A stretch of DNA of 64,000 bases from Leidyana gryllorum EB-2025a (GCA_048772705.1 JBLWGC010000061.1:13304-77303); one strand, 5' to 3'; shown: positions 8,645 through 21,004, counted from the stretch's first letter. Notes: generated by a model from the letters alone, not told the origin. Numbers and translations: made by a program.

Positions 8645-9173
8645 ACCTGTTGGACTTGGCATTTTGCGGCCAGTGGCTTCACATACGCTTCGCGCGCTGC
8701 CCGAACCCGGGGTCTGTCTCAAAAGTCATGCGCTCTACCGACGGACTTGGGGCGGCAAGGAAGCTCGGACTTAGTAACAAATTCCATTCGTATTGATAGT
8801 GGAATCTTGGGCCTTCCTCGGGTACAGGGCGAATGCGTATCAAAGATCCACTCACTTGGTCACGCCCGGGCTCCAGTCGCGGACTCAGAAGTTATCAGGC
8901 TCACGCTCTGACCGACTGGAATATGCGACCGCTTCAGAGTTGAGGTGAACAGTCACTAGCCGGAGGAGCGAGTGATGTGCTCAGCAAAACCCCATTACTG
9001 GGATTGAAGCGGCCGCTCAGACCTTCGTCCACCCCGCCAAACAGTCATTCCAGAGCCAAATACTGACATCGAGAAGGGGGTGTACCTACACCACTAAAAG
9101 TTCGCACGGGAATCCCGACGGAAGGTGCGCTGGTCCGGATGGCTGTACCGACTCTTTTAGGATGGGCCGAACC

Positions 9174-9245
9174 GGTTGCGTGGTGTAGTGGTTAGCACCG
9201 GAGACTTTGAATCTCCCGACCTGGGTTCGTTTCCCGGCGCGACCT
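9174..9245 (+). tRNA. tRNA-Gln(TTG)
   Basis: Gln body; T-loop TTCGTTT. Confidence 0.68.
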
Positions 9246-9492
9246 TGGCACTGGTCCTCCGTACTCCCTGAAACTTCGCCACTCCTCTTGGGCTGCGGGG
9301 ACCATCCGTGCAGCTATGATCTAGTGGTCACGACGTCTGCTTAACACGAAGAAGGTCCCGAGTTCAATCCTCGGTGGCTGTAACTCGCATCTTTCAGGTG
9401 AGCACCACGAAATCTAGAGGGGAAGACGATCTGTTCCCAGAGAGTGGTCATACTATGTCGAGAACCAAGAAATGTGATGCGGTCTGCACAGC

Positions 9493-9565
9493 GGGCGACT
9501 AGGTCAAATGGTAGAGCGCTCGCTTAGCATGCGAGAGGTACTGGGATCGATGCCCAGGTCGTCCA
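9493..9565 (+). tRNA. tRNA-Ala(AGC)
   Basis: One D-stem substitution. Confidence 0.78.
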
Positions 9566-10005
9566 AAGTACGTACGGTAGCACGTGGCGGGAGCCAAACC
9601 CAACCTTACATTTTTGAAGGGTCGCAGACCACAAGTGCCATTGCGAGAGCAGCACAGTCACTGTCTAGGGTGCCTCTGAAAGCGGTCCTGGAAGGTTTCG
9701 AACCTGCGACTTTGTGGTTAACAGCGACACGCTCTGCCGACTGAGCTACAAGACCCAGCTAAAGTGTTTCAGAAGTTGGTATAGAGATCCTCCTTTCTGT
9801 ACCACAGGAGTCTGCAACCACGTCTAGTCAAGAGGGTACGGCTCTCAGCCAAAGCTGCGGCTAAGTGACTTGCCCACTGTAGTCTAAGTGGCTAGGATGT
9901 GCGGCTCTTACCCGCACGATCCGGGTTCAAGTCGCGGGAGTGGAAATCCAGCTGAGTGTGCTTGTGGGCAACAGTTCAATTCTTACTCCCAGGGAAATAG
10001 ATTCA

Positions 10006-10078
10006 CACCGCCCGCGGGGCTCGAACCCGCGACTGCAAGATTAAGAGTCTTGCGCTCTTCCGACTGAGCTAGGGCGGC
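10006..10078 (-). tRNA. tRNA-Lys(CTT)
   Basis: Near-intact. Confidence 0.86.
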
Positions 10079-10454
10079 AGGAAAGCAAGGACAAAAACCC
10101 GATAGCCTGGCATCTGAAGTGGATTCGCTCCCAGAGCTGGTACCCACCAGGTCGTTGGCGTGACCGGCGGGAATATAACTTTCATACCATGTCGGAGGCG
10201 CGTGACCCCCCAACCTTAGAGCCCAGCCTTTCCATTCTCTAGCTTCGACAGACAGGGAACGCTTGGAGTGGCCGGACAGGACCCGAGCTGGTACGATGGC
10301 TGAGGGACTGCTACATCAAATGTATTGCATTCTTCCGAATGCGCTGGGCCAGCAAATGAGGTCCGACTTGGTATCACATTCAATTCATGTTGATGGTGGA
10401 ATGTTGGGGCTGCTTCGGGTTCGGGGCAATTCAGTAACAAAAATTCGGCCCACT

Positions 10455-10528
10455 TGGTCACGCCCGGGTTCGAACCGGGGACCTTGAGCTTATTAGGCTC
10501 ACGCTCTAACCGACTGAGCTACGCGACC
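10455..10528 (-). tRNA. tRNA-Ile(AAT), only intact copy seen
   Basis: TGAGC-CT-AAT-AA-GCTCA; acceptor GGTCGCG/CGTGACC. Confidence 0.9.
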
Positions 10529-10647
10529 GCCTCCGACGACAGATGGCACCGATTCACTTACTTGATGCCTCTGCCTCGCCACTGCAATCTGTAGCATGTA
10601 CTGCTGGTGTTTTGAGCCCAGCCGCCTACTCCGATGATCGCAGCACA

Positions 10648-10729
10648 CGACAACTGCTGGATTTGAACCAGCGCGGGCCCGGCCCAGTAGATTTCTAGTC
10701 TATCCCCTTAACCACTCGGGCAAGTTGCC
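10648..10729 (-). tRNA. tRNA-Ser(AGA)
   Basis: Near-intact. Confidence 0.82.
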
Positions 10730-11177
10730 GCTGTCGAACTTGGGATTTTGCGGCCAGTGGCTTCACATACGGTTCAGCAAGCTTTACTAGGACTGCTCGC
10801 GCCGCCCGAACCCGCGGTTCTCCCTTCAAAAGTCTTGCGCTCTACCGACGGAGTTGGGGGGGCAAGGAAGCTCGCCCCGTACCCGAGGAAGGCACAGGAT
10901 TCCACGATCAATACAAATGGAATTGGTTACTAAGTCCGAATTTGTATCAGAGATCCACTCACTTGGTCACGCCGACATACCAGCCTCACTTAAAGATCGT
11001 CCGGGTCGTCTAGTGCTTACAACAGCAAGTTGTGGCCGTGCATACCCAGGCCCGAATCCTGGCTTGGATAGTATGTCCACCGATGTCTCGAATGGGAGAT
11101 GTAGGTGAAGCCTGTCCAAACCCACGATCGGGCGTAGCTGCCCATGTCCTCTCTGGATCGTGACGGCTCCGTTAGTC

Positions 11178-11250
11178 GACGGTATGGCCTAATGGATATG
11201 GCATCGGTCTACGGAACCGGGGATTCTGGGTTCGAGTCCCAGTAGCGTCT
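11178..11250 (+). tRNA. tRNA-Arg(ACG)
   Basis: TCGGT-CT-ACG-GA-ACCGG; acceptor variant. Confidence 0.75.
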
Positions 11251-11528
11251 GGGCGAATGGTGGGGTTGTAGCCTGTTGAGTCAACAACTCAGATCCTGTC
11301 TTACCTGTCAGGGACATTGTCTCGGGATGGGGCGAGTGCCTTGTTGCGTCAACAACTATCAGACGGGCTGTTCTGGGAGTCGAAGCCAGCGCTTCTTCCA
11401 CCCGAAGGAAGAATCATACCACTAGACCAAACAGCCCCCTGTGGGTGCCTCAGGTACTGGCAGGTTCCAAACCTGCGGCTCCGTGGCTAAGAGACTTACC
11501 GCTTGCAGGTGCCTAGTCGATGCAGTCG

Positions 11529-11600
11529 AGCCTTCTGCCGGAATCGAACCGGCGACCTTTCGCTTACTAAGCGAATGCTCTGCCCCTAAGCTAAGAAGGC
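11529..11600 (-). tRNA. tRNA-Thr(AGT)
   Basis: Intact consensus. Confidence 0.9.
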
Positions 11601-12348
11601 AATCCAGGCCGAAGATCAAGAATCAGTCACTATTGACGGGGATTACTGAGGCACTTTGCTCGAGTAGCTTCCACTGCCGGGTCTTGAACCCGGATGTACC
11701 GGTGAGAGCCGCATAACCTAGCCACTTAGACTACAGTGGACAACCTCCTCAGCTGCAGCTTTGGACGAGAGTCGTACCATCTTGAGATGAGATAGAGCGT
11801 CGGGTCAACCGACAACCAACGGGGCTGTTCTGGGAATCGAACACAGGCCTTCTTCCACCCGAAGGAAGAATCATACCACTAGACCAATCAGCCGCCTGTC
11901 GGTCGTGAAACCCGCTGAATACAGTCGAGAGAGTGGTCATACGATGTTGAGAACAAAAAAATGCGATGGGGTCTGCACAATGGGCGACTAGCTCAAATGG
12001 TAGAGCGCTCGCTTAGCATGCGCACTACATGGAAGACCTATTGGATGTAGTGGCTGACCGACTGCCCACACAACGGCTGACAAGAGTGGGATTCGAACTC
12101 ACGCCCTTTCGCACTGCGGCCTTACCACAGTGTTTTTGGCTCGCCCTTCCACGCGTTTCCTGTACTTGGAATCTCAAAATGGAGGGTCTTCCGGGGTTGG
12201 AGGCCGGGGTGTTCACGAGCGTCCGAGATAGTATAGTGGTTAGTACTTCCGCCTGTGACGCGGAAGACCCGGACTCGATGCCCGGTTTTGGAGCACAGTT
12301 GATTCCGCTTAAGATTGTCTCCTTTGGTTGCCGCTGGCAGTTGCGAGC

Positions 12349-12421
12349 TACAGCCACCGAGGATTGAACTCGGGACTGTCTGCGTGCGAAGCAGACGTCG
12401 TAACCACTAGACCATGGCTGC
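12349..12421 (-). pseudogene. tRNA-Val body with CGC anticodon
   Basis: TCTGC-TT-CGC-AC-GCAGA. Confidence 0.7.
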
Positions 12422-12484
12422 ACGGCAGGTCCCGCAGACCAAAGCAAGTGGGGAGGTTCCACGAAGTAGTGAGGACTAGTTTCA

Positions 12485-12556
12485 AGGTCGCGCCGGGAAT
12501 CGAACCCAGGTCGGGAGATTCAAAGTCTCCAGTGCTAACCACTACACCACGCAACC
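12485..12556 (-). tRNA. tRNA-Gln(TTG)
   Basis: Intact. Confidence 0.9.
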
Positions 12557-13137
12557 GATTTAGCCCTTCTCAAAGAGTTGATAGAGCCATCCGGACTAGA
12601 GCTTCCCCACACATGCAAAACGGGTTTTTCTACTAACCTCCAAAATATTCAACTGGCTGTTGTAGCGCAGTGGGCAAAGCGTGTGATTGTTAAATACTAA
12701 GTCGCAGGTCCGCGGTCTCAGGCACCCTAGACCGTATTGCGATGCCAAAGTCTATCCAAGGGCTACAGGGCACAATCAAAGGCTCTCAACTCGGTAAATA
12801 CATAGCGGCAGGTGCAGCCGTACGAAGTTTGGACGACCTGGACATCGATCCCATACCTTTCGCATGCTAAGCGAGCGCTCTACCATCTGAGCCAGTCGCC
12901 CGACGTGCAGTCCCCATCGCATTTATCGGTTGTCAACATAGCATGACCACTCTCTCGACTCTACCCGCGGATTGCACCACCGACCAGTCAGCTGTTTGGT
13001 CTAGTGGTATGATCCTTCCTTAGGGTGGAAGAAGTGCTGGGTTCGATTCCCAGGACAGCCCGCTTTGTTGTATCTTGACCCAACCTGCCTGGCAGCATGG
13101 TACTGAATTCGGGTGATTCCTCGGAGAAAGTCGGAGG

Positions 13138-13210
13138 GGGAGTGTAGCGCAGTCGGTAGCGCGTAGGTCTCATAATCCTGAAGTCGAGAGTTCGATCCTC
13201 TCCACTCCCA
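13138..13210 (+). tRNA. tRNA-Met(CAT) elongator
   Basis: Intact; U31:U39 as in eukaryotic elongator Met. Confidence 0.9.
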
Positions 13211-13582
13211 CGGTCGGAATCGAAACCGCCGACAAACTCATCATGCTATCGTTTTGCATCTGTCGGGAATCGCACACAGGTTATCTCGATGGCAGCGAGC
13301 GACTCATCCACTAGACCACAGATGCAGAACACGATCTTGTGAATCTTGCGCGTGGTGACAGCCATTCCTCTTAAGCCTATCGATGCATCAAAGCCTTCTG
13401 CCGGAATCGAACCGGCGACTTGTCGCTGACGAAGCGAACGCTCTGCCCATAAGCTGAGAAGGCAGCTTAGCCAGAAAATCATGTGTCAGTTGTATCGACA
13501 AAAGTTAGCCGGGTGCCACGTGCACGGCGGGCTGTCCGGCGCGCATCGTGGGGGCATGCTGGGTTGTCCTGACTACAACGGC

Positions 13583-13662
13583 TGACAAGAGTGGGATTCG
13601 AACCCACGCCCTTTCGGACTGCGGCCTGAACACAGCGCCTTAGACCACTCGGCCATCTTGCC
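13583..13662 (-). tRNA. tRNA-Leu(CAG)
   Basis: CTGTG-TT-CAG-GC-CGCAG; intact. Confidence 0.9.
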
Positions 13663-14552
13663 GGAGCGTTCGCCACTTTACAGGTTTTCTGTCCGTGAAG
13701 TTCTCGAGAAGGAAGACTTTTAGGGTTGAAGACGCGGAAGACGCGGGTTCGATGCCCTGTTTTGGAGAGAGCCTGTTTCCTCGCTTTGGTGGGACTCACT
13801 TCAAAGATTCGAGCTACAGCCACCTGTGATCGAACTCGGGACCAAGTGCGTGTTAAGCAGACGCCGTAACCGCTAGACCATGGCTGCACGGAGCTTCCGG
13901 ACTGTGAGAGGGGCGTGTGTCTCTGGGAACACACATATCATGAGGAGCCTGATTGTCATCTACGGACCTGTAGCCTCACAGAAATGGGACGGGCTGGAGT
14001 AGTACTCATTACTTTGTGGTCAGGAATGGAAGTGTCACGCATCTGTGGTCTAGTGGTAGAATGTGTCGTTGCCACCGAGACGACCCAGGTTCGCTTCCCG
14101 GCAGATGCAGAGGAGATGGCACAAGGTTGATTGCGCCTTCTACGTGAACTGGTGTCTAACGCTCCAATCACATCGCACGACAACTGCTGGATTTAAACCA
14201 GCGCGGGCCAGGCCCAGTAGATTTCTAGTCTACCCCCTTAACCACTCGGGCAAGTTGCCACCTGTCGAACTCGGCATTTTGCGGCCAGTGGTTTCACATA
14301 CGGTTCAGCACTGCTCGCGCCTCCCCGAACCCGCGGTTCTCCCATCAAAAGTCTTGCGCTCCACCGACGGAGTTGGGGCGGCAAGGAAGCTCGCCCTGTA
14401 CCCGGGGAAGGCCCAAGATTCCACGATCAATACTAATGGAATTGGTTACTAAGTCCGAATCTGTATCAGAGATCCACTCACTTGATCACGCCCACATACC
14501 ATTTTTTCCAAGACGGTACGGCTCTCGGCCGAAGCCCCAACTCAACCACTCG

Positions 14553-14625
14553 TCCACTGTAGTCTAAGTGGCTAGGATATGCGGCTTTCACCCGCACGAT
14601 CCGGGTTCAAGTCCCGGCAGTGGAA
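14553..14625 (+). tRNA. tRNA-Glu(TTC)
   Basis: CT-TTC-AC; intact. Confidence 0.9.
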
Positions 14626-15012
14626 ATCCGGCAGAGTGTGGTTGTAGGTAACGGCTCCCCGAGACATTGATTTGCACCGCCCGCGGGGCTCGAACCCACG
14701 ACTGCAAGATTGAAAGTCTTGCGCTCTACGGGCTGAGCTAGGGCGGCAACGAAACTCTTAACTGGGTTACACCCTATTTGCCGTTGGGTGGAGCAGTAGA
14801 TGCATTGGACCGGTGGAACAATGAGCTTCAGTAACTTCCGTTAACATTGCCTTCTTAGCTGGTGGCAGAGCATTCGCTTTGAAAGCGAAAGGTCGCCGGT
14901 TCGATTCCGGCAGAAGGCTTTGCTTACGCACTTGAGCTTTTCTGACTGGTCTCTCAGTCTCGATAAGGATCTGAGAGGTTTGGAGGGGAATTGCAATGCA
15001 CTTTAGATTGGT

Positions 15013-15084
15013 TGTCCGAGCCAGGAATCGAGCCTGGGTTTGCACGGCCACAACGTGCTGTCCTAACCACTAGACGACTCGGAT
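15013..15084 (-). tRNA. tRNA-His(GTG)
   Basis: His body, G1>A. Confidence 0.72.
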
Positions 15085-15360
15085 AATTTTTGAGCGAGGC
15101 TGTAGAGGTAGCGAAACATCGATCAGGATGGGATGGAAAAGGAGCGTCAGACGAACTACGTTGTGAGAAGTCCACTCCTCAACTTCCGGTGGGACGGAAT
15201 TTACTCGTCGCATATCTGATGGCACCACTAGAGACAGATGCGTTGCCATCTGAGCACCCCGGGCCGTACGAGTACTTGGGGGCGTGTAGACCGCACCCAG
15301 AACGACATCGACAGTCGCAACGGAAGCCGTTCACACGCTGGAACTCTGAAGGAAAGTAAC

Positions 15361-15444
15361 GCACAGATGCCCGAGTGGTCTGAGGGGCCAGACTCAAGTT
15401 CTGGTAGGCGCAAGTCTGCATGGGTTCAAATCCCATTCTGTGCA
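15361..15444 (+). tRNA. tRNA-Leu(CAA)
   Basis: CCAGA-CT-CAA-GT-TCTGG; 84 nt; intronless. Confidence 0.85.
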
Positions 15445-15535
15445 ACGGCCATCATCCCCAAAAGTAGGCTGGAAAAGGCCACAGTGGATTCGAGTCTCCA
15501 TTTGAATAGGGTGTAACTAAGCTTAGAGCTTCCTT

Positions 15536-15608
15536 GCCGCCCTAGCTCAGTCGGTAGAGCGCAAGACTTTTAATCTTGCAGTCGCGGGTTCGAGCCCCGC
15601 GGGCGGTG
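15536..15608 (+). tRNA. tRNA-Lys(TTT)
   Basis: CAAGA-CT-TTT-AA-TCTTG; intact. Confidence 0.9.
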
Positions 15609-15668
15609 CAAATCAATGTCTCTGGGAGTAGGAATGGAACCGTTGCCTACAAGCACACTCAGCTGGAT

Positions 15669-15741
15669 TTCCACTGCCGGGACTTGAACCCGGATCGTGC
15701 GGGTGAGAGCCGCATATCCTGGCCACTTAGACTACAGTGGA
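15669..15741 (-). tRNA. tRNA-Glu(CTC)
   Basis: Near-intact. Confidence 0.86.
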
Positions 15742-15857
15742 CAACTTCCTCAGCTGCAGCTTTGGACGAAAGCCGTACCTCTTGACAAGACGTGGTTGCA
15801 GAATCCTTTGGCAGAAAAAGGAGGATCTCTATACTAACCTCTGAACCATTGTTGCTG

Positions 15858-15930
15858 GGTCTTGTAGCTCAGTCGGCAGAGCGTGTGGCTGTTAACCACA
15901 AAGTCGCAGGTTCGAAACCTGCCAGGTCCG
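15858..15930 (+). tRNA. tRNA-Asn(GTT)
   Basis: One acceptor mismatch. Confidence 0.8.
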
Positions 15931-16045
15931 GTTTCAGAGGCACACTCAACACTGAGTGCGCTGGTGTGCCAATGGCACTTGTGGTCTGCGACCCTTCAAA
16001 GATGGAAGTTTGTTTGGATCCCGCCACGTGCAGCCGTACGAACTT

Positions 16046-16118
16046 TGGACGACCTGGGTATCGATCCCAGTACCTCTCGCATGCGAAGCGAGCGCTCTAC
16101 CATCTGAGCTAGCCGCCC
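16046..16118 (-). tRNA. tRNA-Ala(CGC)
   Basis: TT-CGC-AT; intact. Confidence 0.88.
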
Positions 16119-16486
16119 ATCCGCTCATCCGCTCTACATGGAAGACCTATTGCATCCAGTGGCTGACCGAGGGCCGATACAACGGGTGACAAGAGTGGGA
16201 TTCGAACCCACGCCCTTTCGGACAGCGGCCTTAACACAGCGCCTTGGACCACTCGGCCATCTTGCCGGAGTGCCCTTGGCTCGCCACTTTACACGTTTTC
16301 TGTTCGTGATGTCTCGAGAAGGGAGGACTTTTGGGGTTGAAGGCCAGCGTATCCACGAGCGTCCGAGATACTATAGTGCTTAGTATTTCCGCCTGTCACT
16401 CGGAAGACGCGGGTACGATTCCCGGTCTCGGAGACACTTCGTTCTTTCGCTTTAGATTTCGTGGTGCTCACCTGACAAACGCGAGT

Positions 16487-16559
16487 TACAGCCACCGAGG
16501 ATCGAACTCGGGACCTTCTGCGTGTGAAGCAGACGTCGTGACCACTAGACCATGGCTGC
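16487..16559 (-). tRNA. tRNA-Val(CAC)
   Basis: TT-CAC-AC; intact. Confidence 0.88.
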
Positions 16560-16623
16560 AGCGAAGGTCCCGCAGACCAAGAGAGAAGTGGCGAGCTTTT
16601 ACGAAGTAGTAGGACCAGTTTTG

Positions 16624-16695
16624 AGGTCGCGCCGGGAATCGAACCCAGGTCGGGAGATTCAGAGTCTCCAGTGCTGACCACTACACCACGCAACC
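16624..16695 (-). tRNA. tRNA-Gln(CTG)
   Basis: CT-CTG-AA; intact. Confidence 0.88.
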
Positions 16696-16969
16696 CATTC
16701 AGTCCTTCCCAAAAAAGAGTTGGTAGAGCCATCCGGACTAGCGCTAACTGGACACATGCAACACGCGTCTCTCTACTGACCTTTGAAATATCGTAACTGT
16801 TGTATCTTAGTCGGCAGAGTGTGTGATTGTTAAATACAAACTCGGAAATTCGGGCTCTGAGGCAACCTTCACACATCCTGCGGTGCCCGAGTCTATCCAA
16901 GGGGTACAGGGCACACTTGAAAGCTCTCAACTCTGTAGCAAAATAGCGGCAGTTGCAGACTACGAAGTT

Positions 16970-17042
16970 TGGACGACCTGGGCATCGATCCCGGTACCTC
17001 TCGCATGCTAAGCGAGCGCTCTACCATTTGAGCTAGTCGCCC
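16970..17042 (-). tRNA. tRNA-Ala(AGC)
   Basis: Near-intact. Confidence 0.82.
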
Positions 17043-17129
17043 GTTGCGCAGACCCCATCGATTTTTTTGTTCTCAACATCGTATGACCACTCTCTCGACT
17101 GTACTCAGCGGGTTGCTCGACCGACAGCC

Positions 17130-17201
17130 GGCTGTTTGGTCTACTGGTATGATTCTTCCTTCGGGTGGAAGAAGTCCTGGGTTCGATTCCCAGAACAGCC
17201 C
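17130..17201 (+). tRNA. tRNA-Pro(CGG)
   Basis: One D-loop substitution. Confidence 0.8.
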
Positions 17202-17315
17202 GTCTGATGGTTGTTGACGCAACACGGCACTCGCCCCATCCCGAGACAATGTCCCTGACAGCTAAGACAGGATCTGAGTTGTTGACTCAACAGGCTACAA
17301 CCCGACCATTCACCC

Positions 17316-17388
17316 AGACGCTACTGGGACTCGAACCCAGAATCCCCGGTTCCGTAGACCGATGCCATATCCATTAGGCCATAGCGCC
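17316..17388 (-). tRNA. tRNA-Arg(ACG)
   Basis: Intact. Confidence 0.9.
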
Positions 17389-17842
17389 GACTAACGGAGC
17401 CGTCAAATGGAAGTGTGTAGCGATCCAGAGAGGACATGGGCAGCTACGCCCGATCGTGGGTTTGGACAGGCTTCATTTACATCTCCCATTCGAGACATCG
17501 GTGGACATACTATCCAAGCCAGGATTCGTGCCTGGGTATGCACGGCCACAACTTGCTGTTGTAAGCACTAGACGACCCGGACGATCTTCAAGTATGTCGG
17601 CGTGACCAAGTGAGTGGATCTCTGATACAAATTCGGACTTAGTAACCAATTCCATTTGTATTGATCGTGGAATCCTGTGCCTTCCTCGGGTACGGGGCGA
17701 GCTTCCTTGCCGCCCCAACTCCGTCGGTAGAGCGCAAGACTTTTGAAGGGAGAACCGCGGGTTCGGGCGGCGCGAGCAGTCCTAGCAAAGCTCGCTGAAT
17801 CGTATGTGAAGCCACTGGCCGCAAAATGCCAAGTTCGACAGC

Positions 17843-17924
17843 GGCAACTTGCCCGAGTGGTTACGGGGGTAGACTAGAAATCTACTGGGCATCGCCCGCG
17901 CTGGTTCAGATCCAGCAGTTGTCG
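17843..17924 (+). tRNA. tRNA-Ser(AGA) variant
   Basis: T-loop TTCAGAT; variable-arm changes. Confidence 0.62.
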
Positions 17925-18483
17925 TGCGATGTGATTGGAGGGGTCAGACACCAACTCAAGCGTGAATCCCTGGAATGGTGGGAAAACAATCATGTGTCTT
18001 CTGCATCTGCCGGGAATCGAGCCCGGGACGTCTCGATGGCAACGAGACATTCTACCACTAGACCACAGATGCACAATATCTTATTGAGCTAGTCGCCTGC
18101 TGTGCAGACCTCATACCATTCCGCGGTTTTCGCCCCTCATCAGATACCTGTTTCCAGAGACACACGCCCCTTTCACAGTCCGAAAGCTCCGTGCAGCCAT
18201 GGTCTACCGGTTACGACGTCTGCTTCACACGCACAAGATCGCGAGTTCGATCCTCGGTGGCTGTAGCTCGCAACTTTATCTGAGCACCACGAAATCTGAA
18301 GCGGAAAAACGAACTGTGCTCCGAGACCGGGAATCGACCGTGGTCTGCCGCGTGATAGGCGGAAATCCTAACCGCTATACTATCTCGGACGCTCTGGATA
18401 CGCCGGCCTCCAACCCCAGAAGTTCTTCCATTTTGAGATTCCACGGATAGAAAACGCGTGGGGCGGCGAGCCAACAACATTTC

Positions 18484-18563
18484 GGCAAGATGGCCGAGTG
18501 GTCCAAGGCGCAGTGCTCAGGCCGCAGTCCGAAAGGGCGTGGGTTCGAATCCCACTCTTGTCA
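18484..18563 (+). tRNA. tRNA-Leu(CAG) variant
   Basis: Leu body, stem substitutions. Confidence 0.7.
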
Positions 18564-18695
18564 GGCGTTGTAGTCAGGACAACCTGCGACTTCATCCCAG
18601 CATGCCCCCACGATGCGCGCGGGACAGCCGGCCGTGCACGTGGCACCCGGCTAACTTTTGTCGATACAACTGCCACATGATTCTCCAGCTAAGTT

Positions 18696-18767
18696 GCCTT
18701 CTTAGCTTAGGGGCAGAGCGTTCGCTTCGTAAGCGAGAAGTCGCCGGTTCGATTCCGGCCGAAGGCT
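18696..18767 (+). tRNA. tRNA-Thr(CGT)
   Basis: TT-CGT-AA; one acceptor mismatch. Confidence 0.78.
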
Positions 18768-18946
18768 TTGATGCATCGATAAGCTTATGAGGAATGGCTG
18801 TCACCACGTACAAGATTGACCATCGTGTTCTGCATCTGTGGTCTAGTGGAAGAGTCGCTCGCTGCCATCGAGATAACCCGTGTGCGATTCCTGACAGATG
18901 CAGAATGATAGCATGATGAGTTTGTCGGCGGTTTCGATTCTGACCG

Positions 18947-19019
18947 TGGGAGTGGAGAGGATCGAACTCTCGACTTCAGGATTATGAGACCTACGCGCTA
19001 CCGACTGCGCTACACTCCC
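18947..19019 (-). tRNA. tRNA-Met(CAT) elongator
   Basis: Intact. Confidence 0.9.
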
Positions 19020-19254
19020 CCTCCGACTTCCTCCGAGGAATCACCTGAACCCAGAACCATGCTGCCAGGCAGGTTGGGCCAAGATACAACAAAGCGGGCT
19101 GTTCTGGAATGGAACCTAGGAATTCTTCCAAACGACGGAAGTATCATACCACTACACCAAATAGCCGCCTGTCGTTCGTGCAACCCGCTGAAGACAGTTT
19201 AAAAATTGGTCATCCTATGTTGAGAACCAACAAATGCGATGGGGTCTGCACCGC

Positions 19255-19327
19255 GGGCGACTAGCTCAAATGGTAGAGCGCTCGTTTAATAAGCGAAGGG
19301 TCGCCGGTTCGACTCCGGCAGAAGCCT
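19255..19327 (+). pseudogene. Chimeric tRNA: Ala 5' half + Thr 3' half
   Basis: GGGCGACTAGCTCAAATGGTAGAGCGCTCG | TTTAATAAGCGAAGGGTCGCCGGTTCGACTCCGGCAGAAG. Confidence 0.85.
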
Positions 19328-19572
19328 TTGCTCACCAGCCGATCTATTCTAAACTGTTTCCCTTTTGCGCACACTTAGCAGTGAGTGGTTTCGATCAACT
19401 GACCTTTGGGTTATGAGCCCAACACTCTTCCAATGAGCTACACTGCTCAGTCCGCAACATGGAAGAGGTAGCCGAAATGCGATTCTTGAGATGTTAATTG
19501 CCTTGAGTGTCGACGCGGTGGCTGTGTTACTTCTAAAACTGCTTATCCCATCGGGTCAACCGACAACCAAGA

Positions 19573-19644
19573 GGGCTGTTCTGGGAATCGAACCCAGGAC
19601 TCCTTCCACCCTAAGGAAGGATCATACCACTAGACCAAACAGCC
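19573..19644 (-). tRNA. tRNA-Pro(AGG)
   Basis: Intact. Confidence 0.9.
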
Positions 19645-20613
19645 GCCTGTCGGTCGTGCAACCCGGTGAGCACAGTCGCGAGAGTGGTCATACTATGTGA
19701 AGTACCACTAAATGCGATGGGGTCTGCACAGCGGGGGACTAGCTCAAATGGTGAAGCGCTCGCTTAGCGTGCAAGAGGTACGGGATCAATGCCCAGGTCG
19801 TCCAAAGTTTGTAGTGCTACTGGCGCTATTTGCCTACAGAGTTGAGAGCTTTCAGGGTGCCCTGTAGCCCTTAGATAGACTTGGGCACCGCAGTATGTGT
19901 GAAGGTTGCCTCAGAGACCGGATCTGCGAGTTTGTATTTTACAACCACACGCTCTGCCGACTAAAGTACAAGGGCCAGTTCCAATATCTCAGAGGTTAGT
20001 AGAGATACGCGTGTTGCATGTGTCCGGTTGAGGGCTAGTCCGGATGCTCTACCAACTCTTTTTGTGAAGCAGTGAATGGGTTGCGTGGTGTAGTGGTTAG
20101 CTGTGGAGATTTTCAATCTCCCGACCTGGATTCGATTCCCGACACGACCTCGCAACTAGTGCTCACTACTTCTTGAAATCTCGCAACTCCTCTTGGTCTG
20201 CGGAAAGCTTTCGTGGACCCATGGGGTAGTGGTTACGACGTCTGGTTAACACGCAGAAGGTCCCGAGTTCGATCCTCGGTGACTGTAGCTCGCAACTTTC
20301 AGCGGCAATCTTAAGCGGAATCAGCTGTGCTCCGAAACCGGGCATCGAATCCGGGTCTTCCGCGTGACAGGCGGAAATACTGACCACTACTTCATCTCGG
20401 ACGATCGTCAACGCGTCGGCCTTCAGCCTCAGACGTCTTACCAGTTTCGAGATTCCACGGACAGAAAACGCGTGGAGCGGCGAGCCAACAACACTCCGGC
20501 AACATGGCCGAGTGGTCTGAGGCGCTGTGCTGAGACCGGAGTCCGAAAGGACGTGGGTTCGAATCCCACTTTTGTCAGGTTGCGCCCCAAACGGGAAAAA
20601 CATAGAGTCCGGT

Positions 20614-20685
20614 TGAGCCCAGAGTGATTCGAACACCCAACCTTCTGATCTGGAGTCAGACGCGCTACCGTTGCGCCATAGGCCC
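20614..20685 (-). tRNA. tRNA-Trp(CCA)
   Basis: TCTGA-CT-CCA-GA-TCAGA; intact. Confidence 0.9.
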
Positions 20686-20858
20686 AAAACCATCCCCCGT
20701 TCCAGACTCATTTACCGGCAATCGGGCCCGCTTCTTAGGCGTGACATGCGAAAATAGTAACCACTATGCTATCTCGGACGCTCTGAACACGCCACGGAAA
20801 TTCCATTCGTTCAGAAAACGGCCGTTACCGTGTACGAGCTTCAACAACAAGGTGTCAC

Positions 20859-20929
20859 GCATCTGTGTTCTAGTGGTAGAATGTCTCGTTGCCATCGAGA
20901 CGACCCGGGTTCGATTCCCGGCAGATGCA
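20859..20929 (+). tRNA. tRNA-Gly(GCC)
   Basis: One D-stem substitution. Confidence 0.8.
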
Positions 20930-21004
20930 GAGCACACATGGTTGTTTTTCCACCATCCAGAAATTCATGCGGGAGTTGGTGTTTAACCCTCCAACCACAT
21001 CGCA

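Larger units (their letters stand above)
12290..13420 (+). repeat. Block Val-Gln-psiAsn-Ala-Pro-Met-psiGly-Thr; copies at ~27800-28960 and ~50310-51480; partial copies at ~5380-6020, ~18690-19170 (inverted), ~52000-52570, ~53490-53970 (inverted)
   Basis: Shared spacers (e.g. GTATTGCGATGCCAAAGTCTATCCAAGGGCTAC) and same gene order. Confidence 0.88.
17130..18320 (+). repeat. ~1.2-kb direct duplication (partner 48241-49431); partial inverted copy at ~63590-64000
   Basis: Constant offset 31111 (ORFs 17165/48276, 17826/48937). Confidence 0.92.
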
